Positions 28,390 to 41,379 of a DNA stretch of 64,000 bases are shown here, piece by piece (the stretch's first letter is position 1; every line of letters starts with the position of its first letter). Source of the stretch: Eledone cirrhosa (taxonomy: Eukaryota); NCBI GenBank assembly GCA_964016885.1, contig OZ024745.1, positions 43,462,001 to 43,526,000 of the forward strand. The letters run 5' to 3'. The translations under genes and the position numbers were made by a program. Under the pieces are notes generated by a model. That model worked only from the letters and a program-made list of their open reading frames with translations. It was not told the origin of the DNA and ran no database searches.

Positions 28390-29088
28390 TTCTTTTTCTT
28401 ATATATATATATGATGTGTGCATGTGCTCATTGGTAGATGGACTCAAGTGCATGTACTTCTTCTTTGGTGCATTCAGAAACATATCAACACTCTGGCATG
28501 CCTTCTTGACTCTGATGAGGAGACCCTGTGCAGCTTTAATTGTATTTTTGAGAAGCTCAATGTCAATAGCGTAATCAAGATCAGCTATGACTTTGACAGG
28601 ATGATGGTGACTACAACCGCGTCTCAGTGTCAGGCCATCAGTTTCAGTGATCAAAATGTGCAACATATAGTCTATAGTCTAGACTCTAGACAGATGATGA
28701 ACAAGAATGGGGTGAGAGTGTCACCTTGGAGAATGCATGTGTTGATGTTGAATCTGGTGTGATTACTACTGCAGAGGTATTTTTGTACATGACTCTGATC
28801 ACTTTGACTACATCAAGTAGAATGCTGTCATCCAATGAATAAGTTTTTGTATAGATAATCCCTGCCAGGCATCCCTTATGTTGTGAGGCATTGTGATCTT
28901 GTTCTTGATGGCCATGTTACTTGCTGGAATATGGCTCCTCTGGATACAATGAAATCAATCATCAAGATGGACACAGGCCTCAAAGTAACAGATCTGCATA
29001 CTGTAATGGTTGACTGAGGACTCTGAACCTTGAACTTTGTCAATGCCTCACCACTGCTTCAAGGCATCGGATGACCCAAGAAGAAGAA
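28390..29088. mobile_element. Decayed RTE-like LINE fragment with internal inversion
   Basis: Minus strand 28390-28840 gives LQGDTL-like and IADLDYAID (YADD-derived) motifs. Plus strand 28850-29088 gives the C-terminal MDTGLKVTDLHTVMVD and an (AAG)n tail. Confidence 0.65.
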
Positions 29089-29984
29089 TATATATATCAT
29101 CATCATCATTTAATATCCATTTTCCTTGCTAACAATGACTAACAGATCTTGCCTGATAACCTTGTGAAGGCACAGGAGAAACTCCAGAGAAACAAGACAA
29201 ACTTCGCCTTAAAGAATATGTATATATGGTGTTGAGACATTGTTGTTCCTTCAGATAAAACAAGTTATATTGTTTACCTTCCAATAATAATGAGCCACTG
29301 AGAAAGTTTCTACATGGTCCCTTGAACTGCTAGAACTAGCTACTAAATCTCCCTCAAATGACCATTAACCCTTCCGTGACTATATTTCTAATAAAATATA
29401 CTCTTTTTCAATTAATTACTGAAGAACTTTGATGAATGTACCCAATATAGTAACTTAATATATGGTTCCTATATAAAATTATGTTGGAACATTTTAATTT
29501 AAATTTAAAAAAACAACTTTTAAATGGGTGGTTTTGTTTCATGGAACCAAAGAAGATTTGAGCTGGTTTGATATCAAAAGCGTTAATGTAGTCTCTAAAA
29601 CCAGAGTTAATGTTGACCTGAATGTACTGTTTGATTAAAAAATATGTTGATCACAACTGGGATACCTTTGATAATAGATGTGTTCAATTAAGACTCACCT
29701 GATGATCAACAACAACAACAGCAGCACTAAATATCAATAGACATCATTTCTAAATAGGAACACTGACAATGATAAATAGTCTACAATTCCCAAGGTGATG
29801 TTATGGAATGAAGGGAGATAAAGAGGGAAAAAGATTACAATGATGATGTATAACATGGTTATTGATTGACATTAGCTAAAGTATTTTCCTCTAAGTCACT
29901 TGTTCTAAAAATAAAATCAATGTAAATATCTGTAATTTTAGAATTATAAAATCGAAGCTTACCTAGGAAAGCAATTGTCAAATT

Positions 29985-30275
29985 ACCACCATAATTGTGG
30001 TCATGATCACTACCATCAACAACACCAATGCTACCACCAACAACATGAACATCAATGCCATTACTTTCAACAACACCATTGCCACCACCAACACCAATGC
30101 TACCACCAACAACAACAACATTGACACCAATGCCACTACTTTCAACAACACCAATGTCACCAACATCAACACCAATGTCACCACTACCACCGCCACCACC
30201 ACTAACAACAATGCCACCACCACTACCACTAAAAACAATGCCACCACCACCATCATCACACCTGCACCAACACCA
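29985..30275. repeat. CAC/CAA low-complexity repeat
   Basis: Repeated caacaccaatg(c/t)caccac units. Confidence 0.85.
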
Positions 30276-31227
30276 ATGGGTCTCCTACTGGTTGGATTTG
30301 CCTGTAAAATCTGTCCAGTGATTCATTCCTGAGATATTCTAACCACATGCTGTGATCTTTCAATTTGTTTACCTCTGCTTCTTCTACACTCATTAGACTA
30401 TAGCTATGCTGGTGCGACCCTATCAGATGTATTCTTTATTTCACCGGCCCTCAGTATTTAACTGGTACTTTATTTCATTGATCTTGTAAGGCTGAAAGGC
30501 AAAGCTGTCCCTATCAAAATTTAAATACAAAACATTATTAGATGTAACTACATACCACAAAATATCTTGTTCAATACTCTACTAATACTAATTCTATCGT
30601 CCACTGCTCTTTGAAAATATAAATAATCATAGTTAAATTTACATCAGAGAATGGTTTAATAATTTGAAAGAAGCTACAGAAGAAGCATTTGAGCTAAACA
30701 GTAGAAATGCAGCATACATATCTAGACAAGAGCAAGTAATTGACCCTTTCATTATTGAACCACCTGAAACCTGGAACTAGTTCTATGAAACAAAATCACC
30801 CATTTTAAAGGGTTCCTATTTGAATAAAATTTTACAATATAGTTTTATATAAGAACCATGTTAAGTTACAGAAATGAAATAATTAATGACTTTAGTAAAT
30901 CCATCATCAGGATAATGATGTATTATGCCTTTTAACACTTTTGTTACAGTTTTTCTTATGAAATATACTATATTTCAATGAATTAATGAAAAATGTAACA
31001 AATAGCATAACACATCGTTATCATCATCATCATCAACTTTCCCTGCTAGCATGGTTCAAACAACTATATAGAATAGTATTTAAGCCTATTAACTCTTGAG
31101 TCCAGGAATTAAACCAATTGTACTTATTGTCACTATACTAATAGCATCACATGTATCAAAGTCTCTTTTAATGTCTCTTATGATAAATGTTAATTTTATT
31201 GAATCATTTAACTATTTTGTTATATAG

Positions 31228-31311
31228 GTGAATTCTGTAAACTGTTCAACATGCTGGAAGATCAGTTTGTTTATGGACTTCAAAGAAAACAAAGAAGATG
31301 TTCTCAAAGGT
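31228..31311 (+). CDS. ITPR: IP3 receptor coding exon D
   Basis: tatAG|...GGT|GTaagt, 84 nt. [28 protein letters not shown] vs ITPR1 [28 protein letters not shown]. Confidence 0.96.
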
Positions 31312-31947
31312 GTAAGTACCATTTCATTTCTCTCTTACTATATTGTGGTGGGGGAAGTAAGAAGTTATGTTGTTCATGTGTTTTCTAATAGTATTTATCA
31401 CATTAATAACTATTTAAGAATGAAGTTGAAGATGAATGGCAACTGTGAAGTTGTGAAAGTCATGAATGAAAAAGACATTAGCAATTTGAGCAAGGAGACG
31501 GGTTTTTAGCTAAAAATCTGAACTATTTTGCAGACTTAATTTAGTTGATACTTGGCAATTAAAAAGAATAAAATATCTAATGATTGATCATGGGTAGAAT
31601 GTCTGCTTGATTCAGGCTAACTTATGCTAAGCATCAACTACAACACCATTTCTCAAGTCTATAAATCTATCTGTACATTTAATGTTAGAAAACAAAATAT
31701 ATCTGTTCCTTTAAATACATTTGATTTGGTTCAGTGTGTAATGTACATACTAGTGTATATGTCAGACTTTTTTCCTACAAAAATACATGAAAGTCAGCAT
31801 GCAACCTATCTACAGGGCCTAGAAAATATATTGATTACTAATTAAGTACTGAGCCAAAAATGTATCTAAAATAGAGTTGCAATTTATCTACAGGTTTGAT
31901 ATATACACAAATATCTATGATGTACAGTAATTTTTCAATTAGATTAA

Positions 31948-32244
<297 letters not shown>

Positions 32245-33627
32245 TAAAGAGTTTCTATTTAAATTAAAATCTCCCAACATAATTTTATATCAGGAGCATA
32301 TGTTAACTTACTACCTGTGTAATGAAATAACTAATTATGTTAGTAAATCTGTCAAAATTCTTCACTAATTAATTGAAATAGAGTAATATCTTCATTAGAA
32401 ATATGACCACAAAAGGGTTAACTTAACATTTTATAGCATAGTTTATACATTAATGATATTTACTTTAACAAAGATAATATTTCTGTTATTGCCAGAAATG
32501 TATAAAATATACTGATTGATGGCAAACTGTTAGAGCATAAGACAAAATGCTTTGCAGTATTTGTTCTGTCTCTTGCAGTATTTGTTCTGTGTTCAAATCC
32601 CACAAAGGTCACCTTTGTCTTTCCTTTTTTCAGAATTAATAAAATAAAGTACTAATTCAAAGCAATAAATTAGTGGAATTGTTGGAACATCAGAAAAAAT
32701 ACTTTGTGGTAGTTCTTCCAGTTCTTTGCATTCTGAGGTGAAATCCTGCTGTGGTCTACTTGGGTGGTAGACTTTATCTGTCACCCAGTTTAACACCTCC
32801 ACCTGGCCAGTGAATAGATTTAGTGAAGCCCACTCTGTCGCAATCGTTTGGGACTGGTCCCTAGTTTGTGGATACCTTCTACTTCCCTCCTACCAGTCTT
32901 GGAGGCTATGAAAAGGGTCATAGGTACTGTCCTTCCCTCTTTTACTAAAAAGTAAAAAAAAAAAGAAGCAAAAAGCATTTTGTTGACCCCCTCCTCCCCC
33001 AGAATAATAAAACTAAAACTGAAATGAATATTAAGTTCAGAATGTGAAGTAAATATGGCAAATATCCAGACAGGCTTTCTGTTGTCTCAACCATAAACAC
33101 TTTTCTTAATCCTTCTTATCCCTAACTGTAACCCCCTGAAATTTCATATTTTAAACTTATTACAAACCCTTTTGATCCCAAACCACATGAATCTGCCCCT
33201 CGTTCTTTGATACAAGCTGTTTTTTTTCATCTAAAAACCTTCCACCATATTTTTATGTTTGGCTATTGTCCAAACACCAACTTAATAATGAAAAACATTT
33301 AAATATTACTAAATCCATCTAAATTTTTGATTATTTTCAGAATTATTTGAAAATCATAGGCAATGTCTTTCATTAGAAATGTAGCAATGAAAGGGTTAAA
33401 ATTGTTGCATTATCTTTACATATATGATAACAGTAGTAATTGATAACTGTACATGTTTGCTTTGTTTAGCTGTATGATACCAGCAATAACAAGCAACTGT
33501 ATCAATTTGCTTTGTTAGTTGTGTGGTACCAGTTATACTTCGATAGTTTGGATAATGTTATTCATTGGGACTTTGTTGGTTGACACCAGTTATTATTATG
33601 CATCATTCCACTTTTATCTTTTTACAG

Positions 33628-33723
33628 ATTGTCCATCATGATCCCTGCAGGGGTGGAGCTGGTCACTGGAACAGCCTGTACAGATTTAAGCATTTAGCAA
33701 CTGATCAATATTTGGCAGCAGAG
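33628..33723 (+). CDS. ITPR: IP3 receptor coding exon F
   Basis: tttacAG|...GAG|GTatgt, 96 nt. [32 protein letters not shown]. Confidence 0.97.
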
Positions 33724-33754
33724 GTATGTTTATTTATTTTAACTCCATTTGGTG

Positions 33755-34415
33755 TGCACCCAGTACACTCTGTAATGTGGTAGTGTTGGCTTCATCGTAA
33801 AATTCATAGTACACACTATAATTTGGTTGTGTTAGTGCCATGTTAAAATGTATCCAGCACTTTCTATAGATAGTAGTGCTGGTGCTACAATAAAATGTAC
33901 CCAGTACAGCATGTAAAATAGTAGTGCTGGTGCCATGTTAAAATTCATTCAGTGCACTATGTAAAGTGGTAGTGCTGATGCCATGATAAAATGTACCCAC
34001 TCCATTCTGTAAATAGCTGTGTCAGTGTCCCTATAAAATGTACTCCATGCACTACAAAGTGATAGTGTTGGTTCCACAATAAAATGCACTTACTACAATC
34101 TGTAATATGATAGTGATGATGCCATGATAAAATGCATCCAGTACACTCTGTAAAGTGGTAGTTTTGGTGCCATATTAAAATACACCCAGTACACACTGTG
34201 CAGGGCCATGATAAAATGCACTAAAACACTCTGGAAAGTGGTAGTATTGGTGCCATGGTAAAATGCACCTAGTGCATTATGTAAATAGTTGTGTTGGTGC
34301 CACATTAAAATACACCTAATACACTCTGTAAAGTGGTTGGCATTAGAAACAGCATCCACCCATAGAAGCCATGCCCAAAATGGAGCAGTATGGAAAATAG
34401 ATGTAAAATGATGAT
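33755..34415 (+). repeat. Minisatellite (about 45-49 bp, about 12 copies) derived from the RTE 3' UTR
   Basis: Unit approximates GTGCCATGATAAAATGCACCCAGTACACTCTGTAAAGTGGTAGTGCTG. The array runs into the RTE end (GTTGGCATTAGAAACAGCATCC...ATGATGATGA). Confidence 0.8.
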
Positions 34416-34872
34416 GACTTTAAATACAGCACTAGTTTGAGAAATATTTAAGGGAGAATACTCTTAAAGTCTTTTACCACATACATTTATAAATTCTATC
34501 ACAATAAAAATTATACTCTCATCTAACCTTTTGTACAGGTGAGTCATGTTTTTTTATTAACTAAACTGAAATATATCTCTGGGTATCCAAAAATAAATTC
34601 AATCTCATCTAGAACTCAATACTTGAATGACCAGCATGCTGTTAAGAGTTGCTGTCATTGCTGTGGACATACTGACATAAGATTAATTTCTTGCAATATG
34701 TAGTCCCTATTATAAACATGGTTAGAGTATAAATAATTCTGTTACTCCTTTCTAGGTAGAATATAGTGGTGAAGATGTTAAACAATGTTTTATAGCCTAT
34801 TTAATGCAATGATTTTCAGTTTGAAATATGATATCATTATTTATAAAATCTTATTTATCATTATTTATAAAA

Positions 34873-35063
34873 GGGCGGTGGATTGGCAGTATCGGTAGAG
34901 GGTCGGACGCCATGCTTTGACGTATAGAGTTACGGCCCTTGCCAGTCTGAGTTCAAATCCCGCCGAGGTTAACTTTGCCTTTCATCCTTACGGGGTCGAT
35001 AAAATAAAGTACCAGTAATACTGGCACTGAGTAATTGCTGGTCTTGTGCCAAAAGTAGAAACA
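34873..35063 (+). mobile_element. Young tRNA-derived SINE, family 1, with TSD
   Basis: Intact A and B boxes, and a 13-bp TSD ATTATTTATAAAA at 34860-34872 and 35064-35076. Confidence 0.92.
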
Positions 35064-35528
35064 ATTATTTATAAAATCTTATCATTTCCCTTATTCTATA
35101 AATCTGACATTTTCTTCCTATCTTTATAATCAATAATTATATCTATTATCTTGTAGTTCCAATAAACTTAAAATATTTCATTGTAAACTATGGAAAGCTT
35201 GGGAAGTTTGTAGTAAGATTGAAATTTAAGAGTATGCTTTGCTTTTTGAAAATCTACTACTTTGAGATGGAACAAAATGGACTTATGTGCATTTTTTCTC
35301 CATCTTGAGGGTTTTATATTATTCAACTATCTTATAGTTAATATATGTTGTAGTAACCTTTGCAAAAAGCAAAGCATACTCTTAAAGTAACAATGGTTTT
35401 GTTTTCACTGATTTGATAATTTTTTTTCTGTACCTGTAGCAGTTTTTAGTTAATATTTTACTAACTTTAAACATTATGGGGGATAATTTTGTGTGTGACT
35501 GATATATAATTGTAATTTTTCTTTACAG

Positions 35529-35689
35529 GTTGATAATGATCCAACTGTGGATTTAATGCGGAACAAACTAAAGGGACCACCAAATTCTCAGGTGTATTGT
35601 TTGGTGTCTGTCCCAAATGGCAATGATATTGCATCATTGTTTGAGCTTGACCCAACAACCACTATACGCAGTGATTCGTTAGTGCCAAG
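35529..35689 (+). CDS. ITPR: IP3 receptor coding exon G
   Basis: tttacAG|...CCAAG|GTaagt, 161 nt, phase 2 end. VDNDPTVDLMRNKLKGPPNSQVYCLVSVPNGNDIASLFELDPTTTIRSDSLVPR. Confidence 0.96.
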
Positions 35690-36492
35690 GTAAGTTATAT
35701 GAGATTATTTATCACTTCACAAAGACAAATTTTACTCACCAATTTCTTCCATTAACCAAGGAGAATACCTTTCATTCAGATTGCTGGCTTCATTATAGCA
35801 ATCTTGAGACTTTAATCAAATTGTGTGTTGTAGTACATAATTTGGTAATGTATCTGTTATTCATGCCATCATAATATATGTTAATTATATATTAAATTAT
35901 TTCTTCTGTACAAGGTCATTTTATTGTAAAAGGATTAGATGTACTGACAATAGACAAAACTCCAATATGACATATGTAATGGTTTTAGTGTGAGGAAAGT
36001 CAAGTTCTGTTCAAAAACTTGAATTAGAGACCCTAAAGTTGTTGGATCAAATATGTCTCACTATTTTCTGTCAAATCCATCACTTGTTTCTTATATATAT
36101 AATATATATTACTTCTGACATTCATAAACTAGGTATTTCTATTTCAGATTTTAAAAGAAAAAAATATATAAATAAAATGTTATTCCAATACACCAAACCT
36201 ATGGAATACTTTATCAATAAAAAATATCAATCACTCTCTGGTTCATCCACTTTTAACTGGAAACATGACCAGAAAAGAATAATTAAATGGAACATTGTTA
36301 TATATATATATATATGATAATAGTAATAATAATATAGGTAGTGTAGTACTTCACTATTATCTTTGGCAAAGTGAGAGAAGCACAGTAAAAACCTTGGTTC
36401 ATCAGGAGTTTATAATGGATGATATTAAGTCATCGACAGTTAAAGTTCTTGTTGTTGAGGACAGTTCAGCTAGCAGAGCATTATTATTCAAT

Positions 36493-36678
36493 GGTGGTGG
36501 ATTGGCAGTATCGGTAGAGAGTTGGACACCATGCTTTGAAGCATAGAGTTACGTCCCTTTATGATCTGAGTTCAAATCCCGCCGAGGGTAACTTTGCCTT
36601 TCATCCTTATGGGGTCGATAAAATAAAGTACCAGTAATGTACTGGGTAATTGCTGGCCTTGTGCCTAAAATAGAAACA
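36493..36678 (+). mobile_element. tRNA-derived SINE, family 1, with TSD
   Basis: TSD ATTATTATTCAAT at 36480-36492 and 36679-36691. Confidence 0.9.
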
Positions 36679-37222
36679 ATTATTATTCAATGTGACAAAA
36701 GACCAAGGTTAACAACTCAAATTTATTCTTTAATTTCTATGTCCGTTTCAATAGTTACAATGGTACATGCATATTTGAACAAAATAAATAAATAATTATC
36801 AATTATCATAATACCTATAACTGCATTACTGAAGGAATTCAATTATAGGTATTATGTATGGAGTTAATAATTGATAACTATATTTCCAGTTGTTTAAATA
36901 TGCATATACCATTGTAACTATATTGAAATGGATGTAGAAATTAAAGAATGAATTCAAGTTGTTAACCTTGGTCTTTTGTCATATTATAAATATATATATA
37001 TATATATATATATCATTAGACGTGTCCATTGAACCTGCAGGTCCAGAATCAGACAGATCCACACAATGATCGCGTCTCAAGCTGGGGAAACAATTGTAAC
37101 ACAATAGAGTTCAGATGCATCACTGATTTTTTTTCGTTTTCTATTCTATCATACTCTGCTCTGTAAGAGCATAGAGTGCTCAACCGGCATACCGCCTATG
37201 GAAGCATCTTAGCTACTATCAG

Positions 37223-37270
<48 letters not shown>

Positions 37271-38623
37271 CATCATTATTGTTTAACATCCTGTGGTCAT
37301 GTAGGTGTCAACACAAAAAACACCCAGTACTAAATGTAAATGTGGTTGACAATTAGGAAGGGCATCCAGCTGTAGAAACCCAACCAAAATCAGTTCTGTA
37401 TCAGCAAAACATGGTCCCCTGACCTGGCATTTCTGACAACAGGACAATTCGTCTTACCCATGTTAGCATGGAAAAATGGACATTAAACAGTGATGACGGT
37501 GCATATGTATATATATACATACACACTCATAATACATACATATATATATAATCATTAGAATGTGAGTTTAAAATATCATAGTATTTTAAAACAGAACATT
37601 TAAGCATTAACTAATTGATGGTGGGTTGAATGTAGCAATTTGTTTTTAAGTAGAAGATTTACAGTGACTTCGAAGTTTCACTTTGGTCGTTTTCTCTTGC
37701 TCTCTCTGTTTTGCTGATATATAGAATGCTATTTCTCCCAATTTTGGTGATTTAGTGTATATCAGTTACTAATCAAAGCCCTTCCTTTTTCAAAATTACT
37801 ATTACATTACTGGTATACATCACTACTTTTGAAATATCTATCTATGCTACCTTCTATCAATCAATCCATCCATCCTTCTATATGTCTGTCTTACTAGCTG
37901 GCTGTTTCTCTGTCACTCAATCTATCTACTATCAGTACTATCTGTCTATCTTTCTGATAAATCCACATCTACATTGTTTTTATCTTGCTGTTATTCCAAC
38001 TACCTCTAACATTTCGTTTTTTCAACCCACCATCAGTATTTTATGTTATTAAGCTGTCTATTGAAAACATATTTTATAATACCACTAATAATGTGATACT
38101 CTGACATTAATTATTCAATTAAGTTCCTGTAATTGGTACTGTCAGTCATTGTGGTGCCACTCTAGACATTTTACTATATGTTCATCATGACATTTTAGTG
38201 GGCTTTAGAAATGCTTGGTGGCTCCCAACTCCCTGTAACTGGTGGAGCCAGTCCTTAGGGGACCTCCATAGACGTTTTACTGTGTCCATGAGGCTTAGAA
38301 ATGGTTAGTTGTTTCTAACTCCCTGTAACTGGTGCAGCCAGTTGTTGGGGTGCCACTCAAGACATTTTACTGTGTATCAACCATAGCATTTCAGTGGGCT
38401 TTAGAAATGCCTGGCTGCACCAATCTCTTCCCCATGCACCCAATCCCTCACCAAGTTAAGCTTGCCACCATAAGCAGTTCTTGGGGTTTGACTGAAAAAA
38501 TTCTGAAGCCAAAAGTGTGAACCAGTGTACCCATCCATCCCTAAGAATCCTGCTGGCAAAGAACACAATTTCAAGATAATGTTTCTTCATATATAAATAT
38601 ATATATTAACTAGAAATTGATTG

Positions 38624-38683
<60 letters not shown>

Positions 38684-41379
38684 AACATATGAAACAATCA
38701 CAGGGAATAATTTGTAAAAGTGTGTAAGCACACATAGCTAGGTAGGTAACTAATTAAAGTTTAAAAATTAATTGTAGAGCTAACTCAGTTGAAAGGACTT
38801 GGCTGCTATTTCTAGTTGTCGATAACCCTATTCAGTCCACAGTACGATGTGTGTATTTTTAAAATATACGACACATGCTGCTAGTCATTCACAGATTTGA
38901 ATTTGCTGTGTAAACACAGATAGTTAGATCTTCTCCCTTATTGAAAATCCGGGATTTGGCTACTGTGGTTTACCGATCGATTAATGGTGAAATATATTTC
39001 TTTAAAGAAATATATACAAGGAAGATTAATCAATTTATAAGGTTTGAAGTTCTAGTTAAACTTTAATTAGTTACCTACCTAGCTATGTGTGCTTACACAC
39101 TTTTACAAATTATTCCCTGTGATTGTTTCATATGTTTATTTTAGATATATATATATATGTCAATCAATTTCTAGTTAATATAAAATGCTCGGATCTATTC
39201 ATTGGAATCTTGGAGCATATTCTACAGTGGATATGGCGCATGTCTCTCTGACATGACACCCTTAATTTAATTTTGGATATATAAATATATATATGAAGAA
39301 ACAAATATATATATAAATATGTTTCTTCTGGATAACAGTACATCCGATATTGCAATAATAATTCCTCATACCATACTCATACTTGATTTTCAAAGGAACA
39401 TTAGTTAACACTATGTCCTGTATTGAAATAACGTTTCTTTAAATCATTTCACTCTACTTTCAAAGAGACACTGAGTAATGGCATGTCCTGTTTTAAATAA
39501 CCATTCTTTAAATCCTGGATAACTGAATCTCTGGTATTGAAATGACATTTCTTTAAAAATATATAAATAGGAAATTATATTGTGAAGAAGCAACATATAT
39601 ATGCACATGTGTGCATGTGAGTTATATATATGTGGGTATGTATGTATTTATATGTTTGTGTATCTATGTAAAAGCGTGTATAAGATTGAATCCCCACTGA
39701 ATTAGGTAATAAATCATTTGTTTTTCGTTTTGTTAGTTAAACTTAAGTAATTATGAAATTAACCATGAAATAGCTACATTAGTATTTAAATGAACTGAGA
39801 TTAACTTTCCAATATTGCTACATCTATTGACTTACTGCTTTGAATTATTGTCTTTACTTACCCTACAGTTATTTTGACTTATATAATGTATTGGGTTTTA
39901 TTTTCATATGAATTGAATGATTTATTTGTTGAGGACCTATCTGTACAAATTGTTTATTAAGGGTCATTTTTTATGTATAGGTTTTTAACTCTGTGGGTTG
40001 TATTTTACTTTGTTTTTCTAGTGTGGTTATCTATTTTTAAAAATTGAAATCTTGAAATTATAAACAAATGAACTCTTTCAATTAATGCATGATGAGATGT
40101 TTTGCAAGAATTATATCTAATTAATGTAAAAAAGTTAAATAAGTTGAGACAACAATTTAGTAGAGAATTACCAAGAAGATTTAACCCTTTAGTATTTAAA
40201 CCAGCTGTATCCAACCTGAATTCTCTCACCAGTTACATTACTCTATATTTACTATTGTATTTTCACAATAAACACTTTATCTCACATAATTATTTCACAT
40301 AATATCGAATCTATGAGATTTTGATATTTATTTTGAGAACAATACCTTAACGTACGTTTGAGCAGTCGGTTATGACCGGTTTGAACAGAAAAAGGTGAGA
40401 AAATTCTGGCTGGAGATGGCTGGTTTAAACACTAAAGGGTTAAGGTATTGTTCTCAAAATAAATTGTATCAAAATCTCACAGATTCAATATTATGCGAGA
40501 TAATTATGTGAAATAAAATGTTTACCCTGAAAATACTGTTGTAAATATAGAGTAATGTAAATGCTAAAGGGTTAACATAAGTATAAGCAGCCGGTTTGAA
40601 CAGAAACAGGTGAGAGAATTCAAGTCGGATACAGCTGGTTTAAATGCTAAAGGGTTAAATCTTCTTGGGTTAAATCTTCTACTAAGTTGTTGTCTCAACT
40701 TATTTAACTTTTTACATTAATTAGATATAATTCTTACAAAACATCTCATCATGCATTAATTGAAAGAGTTCATTTGTTTATAATTTCAAGATTTCAATTT
40801 TAAAAAATAGATAACCACACTAGAAAAACAAAGTAAAATACAACCCACAGAGTTAAAACCTATTCATAAAAAATGACCCTTAATAAACAATTTGTACAGA
40901 TAGGTCCTCAACAAATAAAGCATTCAATTCATATGAAAATAAAACCCAATACATTATATAAGTCAAAGTAACTCAGTGTGCACTTACAATCTACTAATAT
41001 AAGAACAAATTCATCCAAGGTGTACTCCACTGGATAAAATATTCAAAACATGTACAAACGTAAAATCACAGAGCATGAATAATAAATAATAATACAACCA
41101 AGAGTTTAGGAAGAATTATAACATTTTATTTGTTTTATAATTTTAACATCCCATTGATTTAACATTTTTTATAGCTTAAGATTTTTCCTCGTCTTAATAC
41201 CAACACAACTCCTACATAGGAGATATTCCTTTCCTAAGATTATGTAGTTTTATAAATTTTATTGTTTCCTGGGCAAGTCACTAAACTACATCTGGTGGTG
41301 AGGCTCCAGTTTGAGTGTTCTGGGGAGTATGGTGTTACCCATTAGTCACCATTACTACCTGTCAGAAGAAACATTAAAG

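Noticed and set aside
31312-31509. ORF-track extensions beyond ITPR exons (also 32167-32247, 33724-33783, 61006-61222)
   Set aside because: Homology stops at consensus splice donors, so the extensions are intronic read-through.
34873-34965. tRNA-like A/B boxes
   Set aside because: They continue into a SINE core and tail with TSDs and form no complete cloverleaf, so they are SINE heads rather than tRNA genes.
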